Program-made: the position numbers and the translations under genes
Notes under the pieces: generated by a model
Seen by the model: the letters and a program-made list of their open reading frames with translations, nothing else
What the model was told of the DNA's origin: nothing
Database searches by the model: none
Part shown: one piece after another, positions 1 through 9,572 of the stretch
Numbering within the stretch: position 1 is the first letter of the stretch
Layout: each line of letters opens with the position of its first letter
Source of the DNA: Flavobacteriales bacterium CG_4_9_14_3_um_filter_40_17
GTDB taxonomy: Bacteria > Bacteroidota > Bacteroidia > Flavobacteriales > Flavobacteriaceae
Length of the DNA: 64,000 nucleotides
Assembly: GCA_002790195.1 (NCBI GenBank)
Contig: PFUR01000086.1
Coordinates: 135 to 64,134, forward strand
Reading direction: 5' to 3'

Positions 1-1112
1 CCGCGTTGGACTCTCGAGCGTTCATTAACGCTAACCTGAGTGCCACCGATGGTGCGATTTATTTTTGGGAACATTGGGGTGGTGGTTCGCATAAATTAAA
101 AGACTATGAAGGTGGTTATGCAGTACTTAATCTCAGCGCAGGAGTCCCTGCCTTGTCTCATCCGGATGTAAACCAAAACGGAAGCGGCACTATCACACCG
201 GGGAGATATATTCCGGTTGGGCAGGGCTTTTTCGTGATTGCATCCCCCACAGGAGGCACGATTACTTTTAACAACGACCAACGCGCCTTTGTAAAAGAAA
301 ATAATGCAATTTCTAATATCCATTTCCGTGCAAACAAACGAGATGGCCTCAACGCGTTGGGGACTCAAACGCAACAATTTCCTGAAAACAATGAAGGCAC
401 GCCTTTGGCTGAAAAAACCACCTTGTTGCGGTTGGGGTATTTCACGTCCGATAATTATAAAAGACAAGTAGCATTGGGTTTTATAGAAGGTAAAGCAACC
501 GATGGATTTGATAAAGGCTACGATGCATACAACATAGACGAACAGCCCAATGACATGTATTTTGTCTTGGACGATAAAAAATTGGTTATCCAAGGTGTTG
601 GTGCTTTCGATGAATCCAAACAATTTCCAATCGGCATCACGGCACAGGCAAATGGCCTGATCAAATTCGTATTTGACGGCGCTGAAAACCTTGCTGAAGA
701 AATACCTGTTTATCTGTTTGACAAGGAAACCAACACTTTTTATGATTTGAAAGAAAACCCCGCTGAAATTGAACTCGAATCCGCCGGAACTTTCAACGAT
801 CGGTTTGTCATACAGTTTACGCAAAAGTCCTTGTCAACAGATGATTTAGAAACCAATGATGAACGGCTCCGTGTATTTTACTTAACATCAGACCATACCT
901 TAAACATCCTCAATTCGCGTTCGGATATTGAAATAAAGAAAATCCAACTATTTGATTTACTCGGACGATTGATAGAGTCGATTGATATACCAAACCCCTC
1001 TCAAAGTGAAATAAAAATAAGGCTCGGCGCTTACGCACAAAGCATCTACATAGCCAAGTTAATAAGTCAGGAAGATAAATCAATTTCAAAAAAAATCATT
1101 ATCACACAATGA
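1..1112 (+). CDS. 3' part of a large T9SS-secreted cell-surface protein (5' end outside window). Paralog of 1744..6318 and 6528..8420.
   Basis: The ORF is open to the left edge (in-frame from nt 3; the track's first M at nt 6 is a TTG). It shares YFWEHWGGGSH, RYIPVGQGFF, FNNDQRAFV and GYDAYNIDEQPNDMYFVLDDKKLVIQGVGAFD with the C-terminal third of the 1524-aa ORF, with 72 of 98 residues identical in the stretch I aligned by hand. The last ~80 aa (IQLFDLLGRLIESIDI..IYIAKLIS..KKIIITQ) look like a T9SS type-A C-terminal sorting domain. Confidence 0.8.
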   Translation, partial: ALDSRAFINANLSATDGAIYFWEHWGGGSHKLKDYEGGYAVLNLSAGVPALSHPDVNQNGSGTITPGRYIPVGQGFFVIASPTGGTITFNNDQRAFVKENNAISNIHFRANKRDGLNALGTQTQQFPENNEGTPLAEKTTLLRLGYFTSDNYKRQVALGFIEGKATDGFDKGYDAYNIDEQPNDMYFVLDDKKLVIQGVGAFDESKQFPIGITAQANGLIKFVFDGAENLAEEIPVYLFDKETNTFYDLKENPAEIELESAGTFNDRFVIQFTQKSLSTDDLETNDERLRVFYLTSDHTLNILNSRSDIEIKKIQLFDLLGRLIESIDIPNPSQSEIKIRLGAYAQSIYIAKLISQEDKSISKKIIITQ

Positions 1113-1743
1113 TTTGAAAAAGACAATAGAAAGTAGTAGCTGTTTTTTTAACATTTATGTAAAATATCAGCTACTATTTAACTTATTTTTATTTACATTT
1201 GTGATGCCTCAAAATTAATAACAATGCAAAAAATAGAATTATTTTTGTATTCCTTCGTGTTGCGTCCGATATCTAAAGCCTTAAGACAAGGTTTTGTAGG
1301 CAATGGTGTTATTGAGTTTGCTGTACTTTTTTCAAAAACTCATGTGGCACGTTTCAACCCACTTCTTCTACTTTTATCATTTCGAAAAAATCTGAATCTT
1401 ACCTTCCTGAATGGGATACCGCGTTTTATTTCCCGTATGTTAGGAACATTCTCTTTCCGTTATAATGTGCAATTATCAACAAATTCAAGTTGATTAAGTA
1501 CTCAAAATGTAATATTTGTATTCCTAAACCTTACTATGATGATCTTTTTGCCCCGAAAGATTGATAGTCCAAAAACACCGAAGACAACCTCTCATACAAG
1601 AAATGAGTGTGTTGCGAGGGTGTTTTTTCACTTCATTAACACACGAAACTTCTGTTGTTTTCAAATTGGAAGAAAAAATATTTCGGGAAAAAGCTTTGTA
1701 AACTGTTTACAATTTAACACGAACCCCCAAATATTTCCTACAT

Positions 1744-4700
1744 ATGAAAACAATCATTACCCAGTTGTTAAAAAGTAGTTTTTTCAAACTCACATTTTTC
1801 TTAATTCTCAGTTTAAAAGTTCAGGCACAAACCGTACAAATTCACCAAGTTGATTTTGAAAGCGCCTTGGACAATTGGTCTTTGTCAGGCACAAATACCA
1901 ATCGTACCAACGGCAATGCTTACAAAAACGGAAACAAACTGCAAATTGCGTTCAACGCGAGTACGGCAACTTCACCCACAATTTCCACATTGGGTTTTGA
2001 CAAAGTGGACATCGAAATGTTTGTCAGGAGCAACGATGCTTCAACCAATTACAAGCTTACGGTGCAATACCGTGAAACCGCCGTAGCTGCTTGGCAAACC
2101 ATTCGGGTCATAACCAAAGGGGATGGTTCAAATTTCCGCGATATAAACATCAATGGAAGTTATCATTACGTTACCGCTACTATTTTCAGCACCACACACG
2201 TTTTTAGTGCAACTTCCCAGTTTAGGTTGATCACAAGCAACAACAGCAGCTTCCGTGAGTTTTATGTGGACTACATTGCCGTTTTCGGCACAACCTACAA
2301 AACCCCCGCAGCCTCCCCAGGCGGTATCGCCACCGGGCTTGACACTTGGCTACGTGCCGATAAAGTGGATGGAAACACGCTGCAAGCCAACAATACGAAT
2401 GTCAATACGTGGATTGATTTCGGAAAAGGGAACAACGCGAAAGTAACCGATGACACCAACCCGGTTGTTGCACGCCCGCAGTACAGAAACAACACTTCGC
2501 AAAACATCAATTTCAATCCGGTCGTTTCTTTTGCAAATAACACAGCGACTGCACCTAAAGAAAACACTTATTTGCGTTCCAACAGGCAGTTTTTATTTGC
2601 CACGGGCGGTTTTCATACCAATGATTTTTTTGCCGTTGTCATCCCGGACACGCCCATCAGCAGTGGAACTAACCCGCCGATGGATGTATTTACATCTCAA
2701 AGAGCTTCGAGTAATACGTATGATGAAGACATTACCGGTTTTGGTTTTGGAAATTTCTCCGCACGATACGTAGGTGAAGTAATCGGATTTGCCTTGGGTA
2801 CAAACCCGACTCCGGTTCCATCCGATATCAACCAAAGAGGATATGGCATTGCCGAAGTCAGCGGAAACACTTATAGTACTGTTGGTATTATCAACGCGAG
2901 GAACAAGACATCGGTTAGTTCGGAGGAATTGTATTTGAACGGATTGAACATTGGTAATACGGAAGTCGGGGTTCCACAGTTTTCCAACGAAAACAACCGT
3001 AGATTTTGGTTGGGAAGAAGCCAGGTTTTTGACGGAAGCTTTAACGGCCGTATTGCGGAGGTTATTACTTATTCATCAAGAAAAAATGATACTTCGGAAA
3101 GGATACGGATACAGAGTTATTTGGCCGTAAAATATGGGATAACCCTCGGTGTGAACGGCATCAGCCAAAACTATCAAGACAGCAATGGCAATGTCATTTG
3201 GGATGCCGCAGCCAACGCAGGTTTCAATTTTGATGTTGCAGGCATTGGGCAAGACGATGCTTCTTTGCTCAATCAAAAAGAATCTAAAAGCCAAAACGAC
3301 GGATCAAATCCACCGGTGATGACCATTGGGCTCGGCGATATATTTCCTACAAACGATGCCAACCCGAACAACTTTCTAACAGACAGGAGCTTTTTGATGT
3401 GGGGAACCAACGGGCAAAACATGAACAAATCGGGTGTGCCCATCGTGTTGGCTTTCGGTCCCGATGTGGTCACCACTTTGACAGATATTTCAAACCGCAA
3501 ATGGAAACTGACCGAAACCGGAGGCAATGTTCCTACGGTAAAAGTGTCGGTGCCAACTTCTGCTTTAACCAATTTTACACCCCTCATTGGCAATGATGCC
3601 TACGTGATGGTCGTAGCCGATGATGCCGCCTTTACAACTGGAATAGAAACTGTGTTTTTAGGAACAAACGGCCTTAATCAAGAAGCTTTATTTGATTTTG
3701 ACGGAACAAAATACATCGCTTTTGGTGTGGCACATGAAACCGTTGTCCCGAGACATCTGACTTTTGACGGAAACGATGACTTCATTCGGATGGACTCGTC
3801 CAACGATTTGACGGGTGCTTTTACGGTCATGGCTTGGGTAAGGACGACAGGGGCGAACAGCACAAATTCAAACCAAACAATTGTTTCAAAATTCAATGGA
3901 ACAACAGGCTACACGTTGAGCCTCGACGACAGCAACCGCCCACGCATGGATTGGAACAACGGAAGTGCAAACTCCATCGTTGCCAACACACAAATTCCTT
4001 TGAACAAATGGCATCATGTTGCCGTAATTTACAACGGGACTGCTGTGGCACTCTACATTGATGGCGTATTGGATAGAACACAAAATTTATCTGCACCCAT
4101 CGCTACAACACATAATTTCTCTATCGGATCTGAATTCAGGGCTCAATCGGACATCAGAAATATATTTATGGGAGACATAGACGAAGTCCGATTTTGGGAT
4201 AGAGCTGTTACAGTCTCCGAATTGCAGTTTATCATGAATCAAGAAATCGAGCAGTTCGGCGCGGGCACAAGGGGAAAAATCCTTCCAACCACGATTACTA
4301 AAAATGACATCAGCGCGCTCACTTGGGGAGATTTGACGGCTTACTACTCGATGAATTCGTACATAGGAACGCACATCAACGACGATTCGCAAAACAACCA
4401 CCGAGGCAGGTTGATTGTCCCAAACCGGATTGCCATCATCACGCAAACTGCGCCACTACCGTACTTGTCAAACTCTGCCGGAAATTGGGAAAACAACACT
4501 ACGTGGACAAACGGCAGTCTTATGGATGTCCCGCACAGCCTTTCTGTCATAGACAACAGCACACCAATCGGGTGGAATATTGTACAAACAGCACATGACA
4601 TCGATTCAAACGGGAACAAAACCGTTTTGGGAATGTTTGTCAACAGCAACAAAATATCGGCACTGAATGATTCTAAAATAGAGGTTTCGCATTACCTCAA

Positions 4701-6318
4701 ATTAGACGGTAAAATAGATTTGGAAGGGCGTTCGCAACTGGTTCAAACGCTCGATTCCGATTTAGACCCGGCGAGTTCGGGCATCTTGGAGCGCGACCAA
4801 CAAGGAACTGTTGATATTTACAAATATAATTACTGGTCATCGCCTGTCGGAATTCCCAACAACACGACCAACAATAATCCTTATACGTTGAGCAGTATTT
4901 TAAGAGACGGCACCGATCCCGCCAATCCGCTCAACATCAATTGGGTGCCCGGATTTAACGGAGCACCCACTACACCCATCAGCATCAGTACGTTTTGGTT
5001 GTTTAAATTTGAAAATTCGGGTAACAACATTGCCAATTGGATTCACATTGGAGAAACAGGAAGCGTCGATGCAGGAAAAGGATACATCTCCAAAGGTTCG
5101 GGTGCGGGTAGCGTATTGCAAAATTACACTTTCACAGGTAAACCCAACAATGGATTGATACAATCGTCACTCAGCGGCGGGCTTATCACGCTTTTCGGAA
5201 ATCCGTATCCGTCTGCATTAGATTCCCGGCAATTTATCATCGACAACCTGAGTGCGACAGATGGAGTGGTTTATTTTTGGGAACATTGGGGTGGCGGTAC
5301 ACATAATCTTTTGGACTATCAAGGCGGGTATGCTGTTTCCAATTTGGTGGGGTCGGTGCCGGCGTTGTCTCATCCTGATGTGAACCAAACTGGAAGCGGT
5401 ACTAAATTGCCCGGCAGGTACATTCCGGTAGGACAAGGATTTTTTCTGCTTGCAGATGCAGATGGCGGAATGGTTACTTTCAACAACAGTCAACGTGCCT
5501 TTGTGAAAGAAGACAGTCCTTCTTCCAACGAATTGGTAAGAACGAACAAACCGAGAGATGTTCTTGCAGAATTATCGGTTAGCTCGATAGAAAACAAGGA
5601 AGATTTCCAATCGCAAGTTGAAAATTTCACAAAAATTAGTTTGAGTTATGTTACCCAAGGAGGCTTTAGAAGACAAACCTTGTTGGCTTTTACAAACGGA
5701 ACTGCGACCGATAAATTTGATAAAGGATATGATGCGCTCAACATAGACGAACAAGCCAATGACATGTATTTTGTTTTGGACGACAAAAAATTGGCAATCC
5801 AAGGCGTTGGCGCATTTGATGCTAAAAACGTCTATTCTATTGGAATTGGCGTGGATAATCCGGGAGAAATCAGGTTTATTTTGGATAAAGATGAAAACTT
5901 AGAAGCGACTATTCCTGTTTATATTTATGACAAAACCAAAGACACCTTGTACAATCTTAAAAATCAGGAAGCAAAAATACATATTGAGGAGGTTGGAATA
6001 TATAACGATCGGTTCTCACTTCGTTTCTCTGACAAAAAACATGGAAAAGAACATCGTGAAAAAGAACATAAAAAAATAAAACTGATCTACGATTCTTCAA
6101 CGAAATCAATCGTTATCAAAAATGAATCTGACAACCTGAAACTCGAGAAATTGGTACTGTATAATTTGTTTGGAAGGAAATTGGAGACTTATAAACTCAA
6201 CATGCATGGCTCGGGTGAGACTTCAATTCAGCTTTCTAAAAGATACAGACGCGGAGTCTATGTGGTTCATCTGCATACATCGGAAGGGATTGTTGTCAAA
6301 AAACTTGTGATTTCTTAA
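1744..6318 (+). CDS. Giant secreted LamG (concanavalin-like) domain surface protein with a T9SS C-terminal sorting domain
   Basis: 1524-aa ORF with a signal peptide, MKTIITQLLKSSFFKLTFFLILSLKVQAQ. It has a Laminin-G_3-like region (LTFDGNDDFIRMD..FTVMAWV..WHHVAVIYNG..LYIDGV..GDIDEVRFWDRAVT) and an earlier jelly-roll-like region ending AEVITYSS..RIRIQSYLAVKYGITLG. It carries the C-terminal module shared with the flanking paralogs (YKYNYWSSPVG, GNPYPSALD, YFWEHWGGGTH, RYIPVGQGFF). The end is T9SS CTD-like (LVLYNLFGRKLE..GVYVVHLHTSEGIVVKKLVIS). Confidence 0.85.
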   Translation: MKTIITQLLKSSFFKLTFFLILSLKVQAQTVQIHQVDFESALDNWSLSGTNTNRTNGNAYKNGNKLQIAFNASTATSPTISTLGFDKVDIEMFVRSNDASTNYKLTVQYRETAVAAWQTIRVITKGDGSNFRDININGSYHYVTATIFSTTHVFSATSQFRLITSNNSSFREFYVDYIAVFGTTYKTPAASPGGIATGLDTWLRADKVDGNTLQANNTNVNTWIDFGKGNNAKVTDDTNPVVARPQYRNNTSQNINFNPVVSFANNTATAPKENTYLRSNRQFLFATGGFHTNDFFAVVIPDTPISSGTNPPMDVFTSQRASSNTYDEDITGFGFGNFSARYVGEVIGFALGTNPTPVPSDINQRGYGIAEVSGNTYSTVGIINARNKTSVSSEELYLNGLNIGNTEVGVPQFSNENNRRFWLGRSQVFDGSFNGRIAEVITYSSRKNDTSERIRIQSYLAVKYGITLGVNGISQNYQDSNGNVIWDAAANAGFNFDVAGIGQDDASLLNQKESKSQNDGSNPPVMTIGLGDIFPTNDANPNNFLTDRSFLMWGTNGQNMNKSGVPIVLAFGPDVVTTLTDISNRKWKLTETGGNVPTVKVSVPTSALTNFTPLIGNDAYVMVVADDAAFTTGIETVFLGTNGLNQEALFDFDGTKYIAFGVAHETVVPRHLTFDGNDDFIRMDSSNDLTGAFTVMAWVRTTGANSTNSNQTIVSKFNGTTGYTLSLDDSNRPRMDWNNGSANSIVANTQIPLNKWHHVAVIYNGTAVALYIDGVLDRTQNLSAPIATTHNFSIGSEFRAQSDIRNIFMGDIDEVRFWDRAVTVSELQFIMNQEIEQFGAGTRGKILPTTITKNDISALTWGDLTAYYSMNSYIGTHINDDSQNNHRGRLIVPNRIAIITQTAPLPYLSNSAGNWENNTTWTNGSLMDVPHSLSVIDNSTPIGWNIVQTAHDIDSNGNKTVLGMFVNSNKISALNDSKIEVSHYLKLDGKIDLEGRSQLVQTLDSDLDPASSGILERDQQGTVDIYKYNYWSSPVGIPNNTTNNNPYTLSSILRDGTDPANPLNINWVPGFNGAPTTPISISTFWLFKFENSGNNIANWIHIGETGSVDAGKGYISKGSGAGSVLQNYTFTGKPNNGLIQSSLSGGLITLFGNPYPSALDSRQFIIDNLSATDGVVYFWEHWGGGTHNLLDYQGGYAVSNLVGSVPALSHPDVNQTGSGTKLPGRYIPVGQGFFLLADADGGMVTFNNSQRAFVKEDSPSSNELVRTNKPRDVLAELSVSSIENKEDFQSQVENFTKISLSYVTQGGFRRQTLLAFTNGTATDKFDKGYDALNIDEQANDMYFVLDDKKLAIQGVGAFDAKNVYSIGIGVDNPGEIRFILDKDENLEATIPVYIYDKTKDTLYNLKNQEAKIHIEEVGIYNDRFSLRFSDKKHGKEHREKEHKKIKLIYDSSTKSIVIKNESDNLKLEKLVLYNLFGRKLETYKLNMHGSGETSIQLSKRYRRGVYVVHLHTSEGIVVKKLVIS

Positions 6319-6340
6319 CTTTTCTTTCAAAAATAAGAAG

Positions 6341-6374
6341 TGCCACTTCAAGTCTAAATAGGTGGCATTTTTTA
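6341..6374 (+). terminator. Candidate intrinsic terminator after the 1524-aa gene
   Basis: tgccac (6341-6346) pairs with gtggca (6362-6367) and is followed by a T-run at 6368-6373. The loop is long (15 nt), so this is weak. Confidence 0.4.
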
Positions 6375-6527
6375 TTTTATTTATTAATGTTTTAAATAAT
6401 TCAGCTATATTTTCGATAATATGTAAGTTTATAATATTCTTTTTTGACAAAACATGACAAATATCATAAAATGCGAAATAGATGCAACTTAAATTTGCTA
6501 AATAATTGTTTCCTAATATGATGAATC

Positions 6528-8420
6528 ATGAAACTTTACTTACAAGTTTTGCTGTTCATGGTATCCGTGAACCAAAACACCATCGCTCAAGTATATAGTA
6601 CCGGCGTTTTTAAAGTAGAAAACGGCACGAATTTATATACAACCGGAACTTTCACAAACAAAGGTACGCTCACTACGGACGGAAATCTTTATCTGAAAGC
6701 AGACTTTGTCAACGACAACACGGTGTCCTCGACATCCGGTACAACCTATTTTACAGGAAGTTCAACACAAAACATCACCGGAACTACCAAACAGGTTACT
6801 TTCTACAATCTGAATATCAACAACTCGGGACTGGGCGTGAAAGTGGCCGACAGCCTTGATTTGGTGGTTGCCAATTCGGTAGCACTCACAAGCGGCATAC
6901 TCAGCCTGACCGGAGAAGCGCAATTGATACAAACCCACAGCGGTGTTTCGGCCAACAGTACTGTATCGGGCAAATTATTTATCAGCCAACAAGGAACATC
7001 GGACAAATACAAATTTAATTATTGGTCGTCTCCGGTCAACGTGGGTGGGCAATACAGTTTGAGCAGTTGCTTGTATGACGGCACTTATTTTCTAACAAAC
7101 TCGTTCACGCCATCAGCGGTTGTTTATACTTCAAGTTATGACGGCAGTCAATCCAATCCGATTACCATCAGCAACTATTGGATTTACAAATTCATCAACC
7201 AGGCAGATGCATATGGTTGGGCACAAATTGGGTCCAGCGGATTGCTTAATATTGGGGAAGGATTTACGATGAAAGGAACCGGCAACGCAGATGGAACACA
7301 AAACTATGTGTTTGGCGGGACACCCAATGATGGTACTTACACGCATTCGATTAGTGCGGATAAAATGTCTATATTGGGCAATCCATATCCATCAGCATTA
7401 GATGCTAATCAATTTATAACAGATAACTTGACTTCTTTTGCAGACGGTACTGTAATCTACTTTTGGGAACACTGGGGTGGCGGCTCCCACTACACAACAG
7501 ACTATCAGGGTGGATATTCGACCTACTCTTTAAGCGGTGGCACTCCGGCAACGGCACATCCCGATTTGACACAAAGCGGTTTGGGTGTGATTACGCCTAA
7601 AAGATACATTCCAGTCGGTCAGGGATTTTTTGTGCAAGCTGCAACCGGAACGGGTGGTAATTTTGTTTTCAACAATAGCCAAAGAAAGTTTGAAGTAAAA
7701 GGTGTAAACTCAGTTTTTACACGTGCCAACCAAAACAAGGTGGCCTCTGCTGTTGATGTCCGAATTAGGTTGGGGCATGAAGACGCGTTGGGATTTCATC
7801 GCCAAATTTTAGTATCCTTTATAGATGGTACTACACCCGGAATAGACATCGGCTATGATGCTAAAATGATTGACGTGAGTGCAAATGACATGTATTGGTA
7901 TTTGAACGATGAGGCTTATGTGATTCAGGCTCAACCTTATTACAACATCATGGAATTGCCTTTGGGCATTACTTCATCAAGCGAACAAATCCACAAGATA
8001 ATGATTGACCAGCTCGAAAATTTTGTCGAACCGATATTGCTTATTGACACCGAAACCGGCCTAACTTACAATCTTAGTGAAGGTACCGCAAACGTCTCTA
8101 TTCCTGCCGGGACTTTCAACACCCGGTTTAAGATTGCTTTCATGCAAACGACCTTTTCTAACCCTGAAGTTGAGTTAAACTCACTCAAAATAGTTTACAA
8201 TCGAGGAGCGAAAAACATCGAAATTTTCAATCCCAATCAAGAAGAAATCAACCAAATCGATGTGTATAGTATTTCAGGCCAACTGATTAATCGATTAGAG
8301 CTTGACCGAAAACCGTTTCAAGAAAAGATTACAATCCCGTTTAAACAAAGCACAGGTGTTTACCTTATTAAAATTAATAAATCTTCCCAACCCCAAAGTT
8401 TCAAATTAGCCATTTATTAA
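6528..8420 (+). CDS. T9SS-secreted surface protein, shorter paralog carrying the same conserved module
   Basis: 630-aa ORF with a hydrophobic N-terminus. It has the motifs YKFNYWSSPVN, GNPYPSALDANQFITDNL, IYFWEHWGGGSH, DYQGGYS, RYIPVGQGFFV, FNNSQRKF, GYDAKMIDVSANDMYWYL. The C-terminus is T9SS CTD-like (IDVYSISGQLINRLEL..GVYLIKINKSSQPQSFKLAIY). Confidence 0.85.
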   Translation: MKLYLQVLLFMVSVNQNTIAQVYSTGVFKVENGTNLYTTGTFTNKGTLTTDGNLYLKADFVNDNTVSSTSGTTYFTGSSTQNITGTTKQVTFYNLNINNSGLGVKVADSLDLVVANSVALTSGILSLTGEAQLIQTHSGVSANSTVSGKLFISQQGTSDKYKFNYWSSPVNVGGQYSLSSCLYDGTYFLTNSFTPSAVVYTSSYDGSQSNPITISNYWIYKFINQADAYGWAQIGSSGLLNIGEGFTMKGTGNADGTQNYVFGGTPNDGTYTHSISADKMSILGNPYPSALDANQFITDNLTSFADGTVIYFWEHWGGGSHYTTDYQGGYSTYSLSGGTPATAHPDLTQSGLGVITPKRYIPVGQGFFVQAATGTGGNFVFNNSQRKFEVKGVNSVFTRANQNKVASAVDVRIRLGHEDALGFHRQILVSFIDGTTPGIDIGYDAKMIDVSANDMYWYLNDEAYVIQAQPYYNIMELPLGITSSSEQIHKIMIDQLENFVEPILLIDTETGLTYNLSEGTANVSIPAGTFNTRFKIAFMQTTFSNPEVELNSLKIVYNRGAKNIEIFNPNQEEINQIDVYSISGQLINRLELDRKPFQEKITIPFKQSTGVYLIKINKSSQPQSFKLAIY

Positions 8421-8528
8421 AATCTAAAATGATAAAGTATGAAATGCCCATAGCCAAATTTCGGATACCAACCGATGTGTTCTAGGGCATTCCATCTGAC
8501 CTATTAAAAACAAATAAAAAAAGAACAG

Positions 8529-9557
8529 ATGAAAACAAATAATTCAAATCTTATCGGAAAAAATGACAAACTGTTTCATATAGCATTGATCATTTTATTC
8601 ATTTTTATTTCTTCGAAAATGACTGCCCAAGTGGGTATAGGTACGGTTTCGCCTGATGCATCCTCCATGCTCGATATCACATCAACAGACAAAGGGTTGT
8701 TGATTCCGAGAATGACTTCGATAGAACGCGAAGCTATTGCAAATCCGGCTTCCGGATTGATGGTATATGACAATTCAACCCATACGTATTGGTATTTTGA
8801 CTCTACGTGGAAAGAAATCACTCAAAATCTGCTGTCTGACGCAGATGGTGACACCAAAATCGAAGTCGAAAAAACAACAGATGAAGACAAAATACACTTC
8901 ACAACCTTTGGAATCGAAAAAATGTATATTGACAATGCCGGCGTGACGAAAATTGGTGACATATCCAACGGCAATAACACCAAGATTGAATCTGACGGCA
9001 CAATCGTTTTTGAAGGAGAAGCCGAAGTTTGGGACGACTTGAGGGTTTCCATGGATAAAGGCTCGAGTTCTGCTTCATTAGCCTACTCGCCCGGAGAATC
9101 TTCCGGAGGTCAAATATGGTATTTTAGAGATGCCAAGGGTTTAGAAACCTTGAGTTTTCAAGTGCAGTTGCCCCATAGTTACAAAGAAGGTACTAATATC
9201 TATCCTCACCTTCATTGGACACCTCTAAACTCCGGAAGTGGGAATGTAGAATGGAATCTTGATTATACTTGGGTAAATTATGATTCGACAACCCCTTTAG
9301 CATTCCCTTCTACAACTACCTCCACTATTGTAGAAACCGGTCCATTTACTATACGAACCCATTTAATCACACCTTTGACCACAGGAAACGTAGGATTGGA
9401 TGGAACGGGGAAAAAAATTTCCAGTATTTTAATTTGCCGGCTGTGGAGAAATTCAAATAATTCAGCAGATACTTACCAAAATGATGCCGGATTACTTTCG
9501 CTTGATTTTCATTATCAAATAAACACCGTGGGAAGCCGATTACCATTTTTAAAATAA
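8529..9557 (+). CDS. Secreted hypothetical protein: conserved N-terminal domain shared with the next gene, unique C-terminal domain
   Basis: 342-aa ORF with a signal/anchor segment, LFHIALIILFIFISSKMTAQ. The N-terminal block AQVGIGTVSPDASSMLDITSTDKGLLIPRMTSIEREAIANPASGLMVYDN matches the next ORF. The C-terminal part (QLPHSYKEGTNIYPHLHWTP..VEWNLDYTWVNYD..LSLDFHYQINTVGS) is unassigned by me. Confidence 0.7.
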   Translation: MKTNNSNLIGKNDKLFHIALIILFIFISSKMTAQVGIGTVSPDASSMLDITSTDKGLLIPRMTSIEREAIANPASGLMVYDNSTHTYWYFDSTWKEITQNLLSDADGDTKIEVEKTTDEDKIHFTTFGIEKMYIDNAGVTKIGDISNGNNTKIESDGTIVFEGEAEVWDDLRVSMDKGSSSASLAYSPGESSGGQIWYFRDAKGLETLSFQVQLPHSYKEGTNIYPHLHWTPLNSGSGNVEWNLDYTWVNYDSTTPLAFPSTTTSTIVETGPFTIRTHLITPLTTGNVGLDGTGKKISSILICRLWRNSNNSADTYQNDAGLLSLDFHYQINTVGSRLPFLK

Positions 9558-9572
9558 TTTTAAAAAACAGAA

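Noticed and set aside
96-824. 242-aa ORF on the minus strand inside the first surface-protein gene
   Set aside because: It is fully antisense to a gene with strong paralog support. Its composition is Cys/Phe/Ile-rich shadow-frame sequence with no recognisable motif. The same reasoning applies to 158..352.
1224-1778. Two plus-strand ORFs (89 aa and 80 aa) in the 630-bp spacer before the 1524-aa gene
   Set aside because: They have no motif, no signal/TM logic and odd composition, and the second overlaps the start of the giant gene. I treat them as non-coding spacer and do not annotate them.
6031-6078. Lys/His/Glu-rich insert (DKKHGKEHREKEHKKIK) between the conserved module and the CTD of the 1524-aa protein, with a repeated aaagaacat unit
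   Set aside because: It looks like a short low-complexity linker generated by local duplication. The paralogs have an unrelated linker at this position. I cannot support a function such as metal binding from sequence alone.
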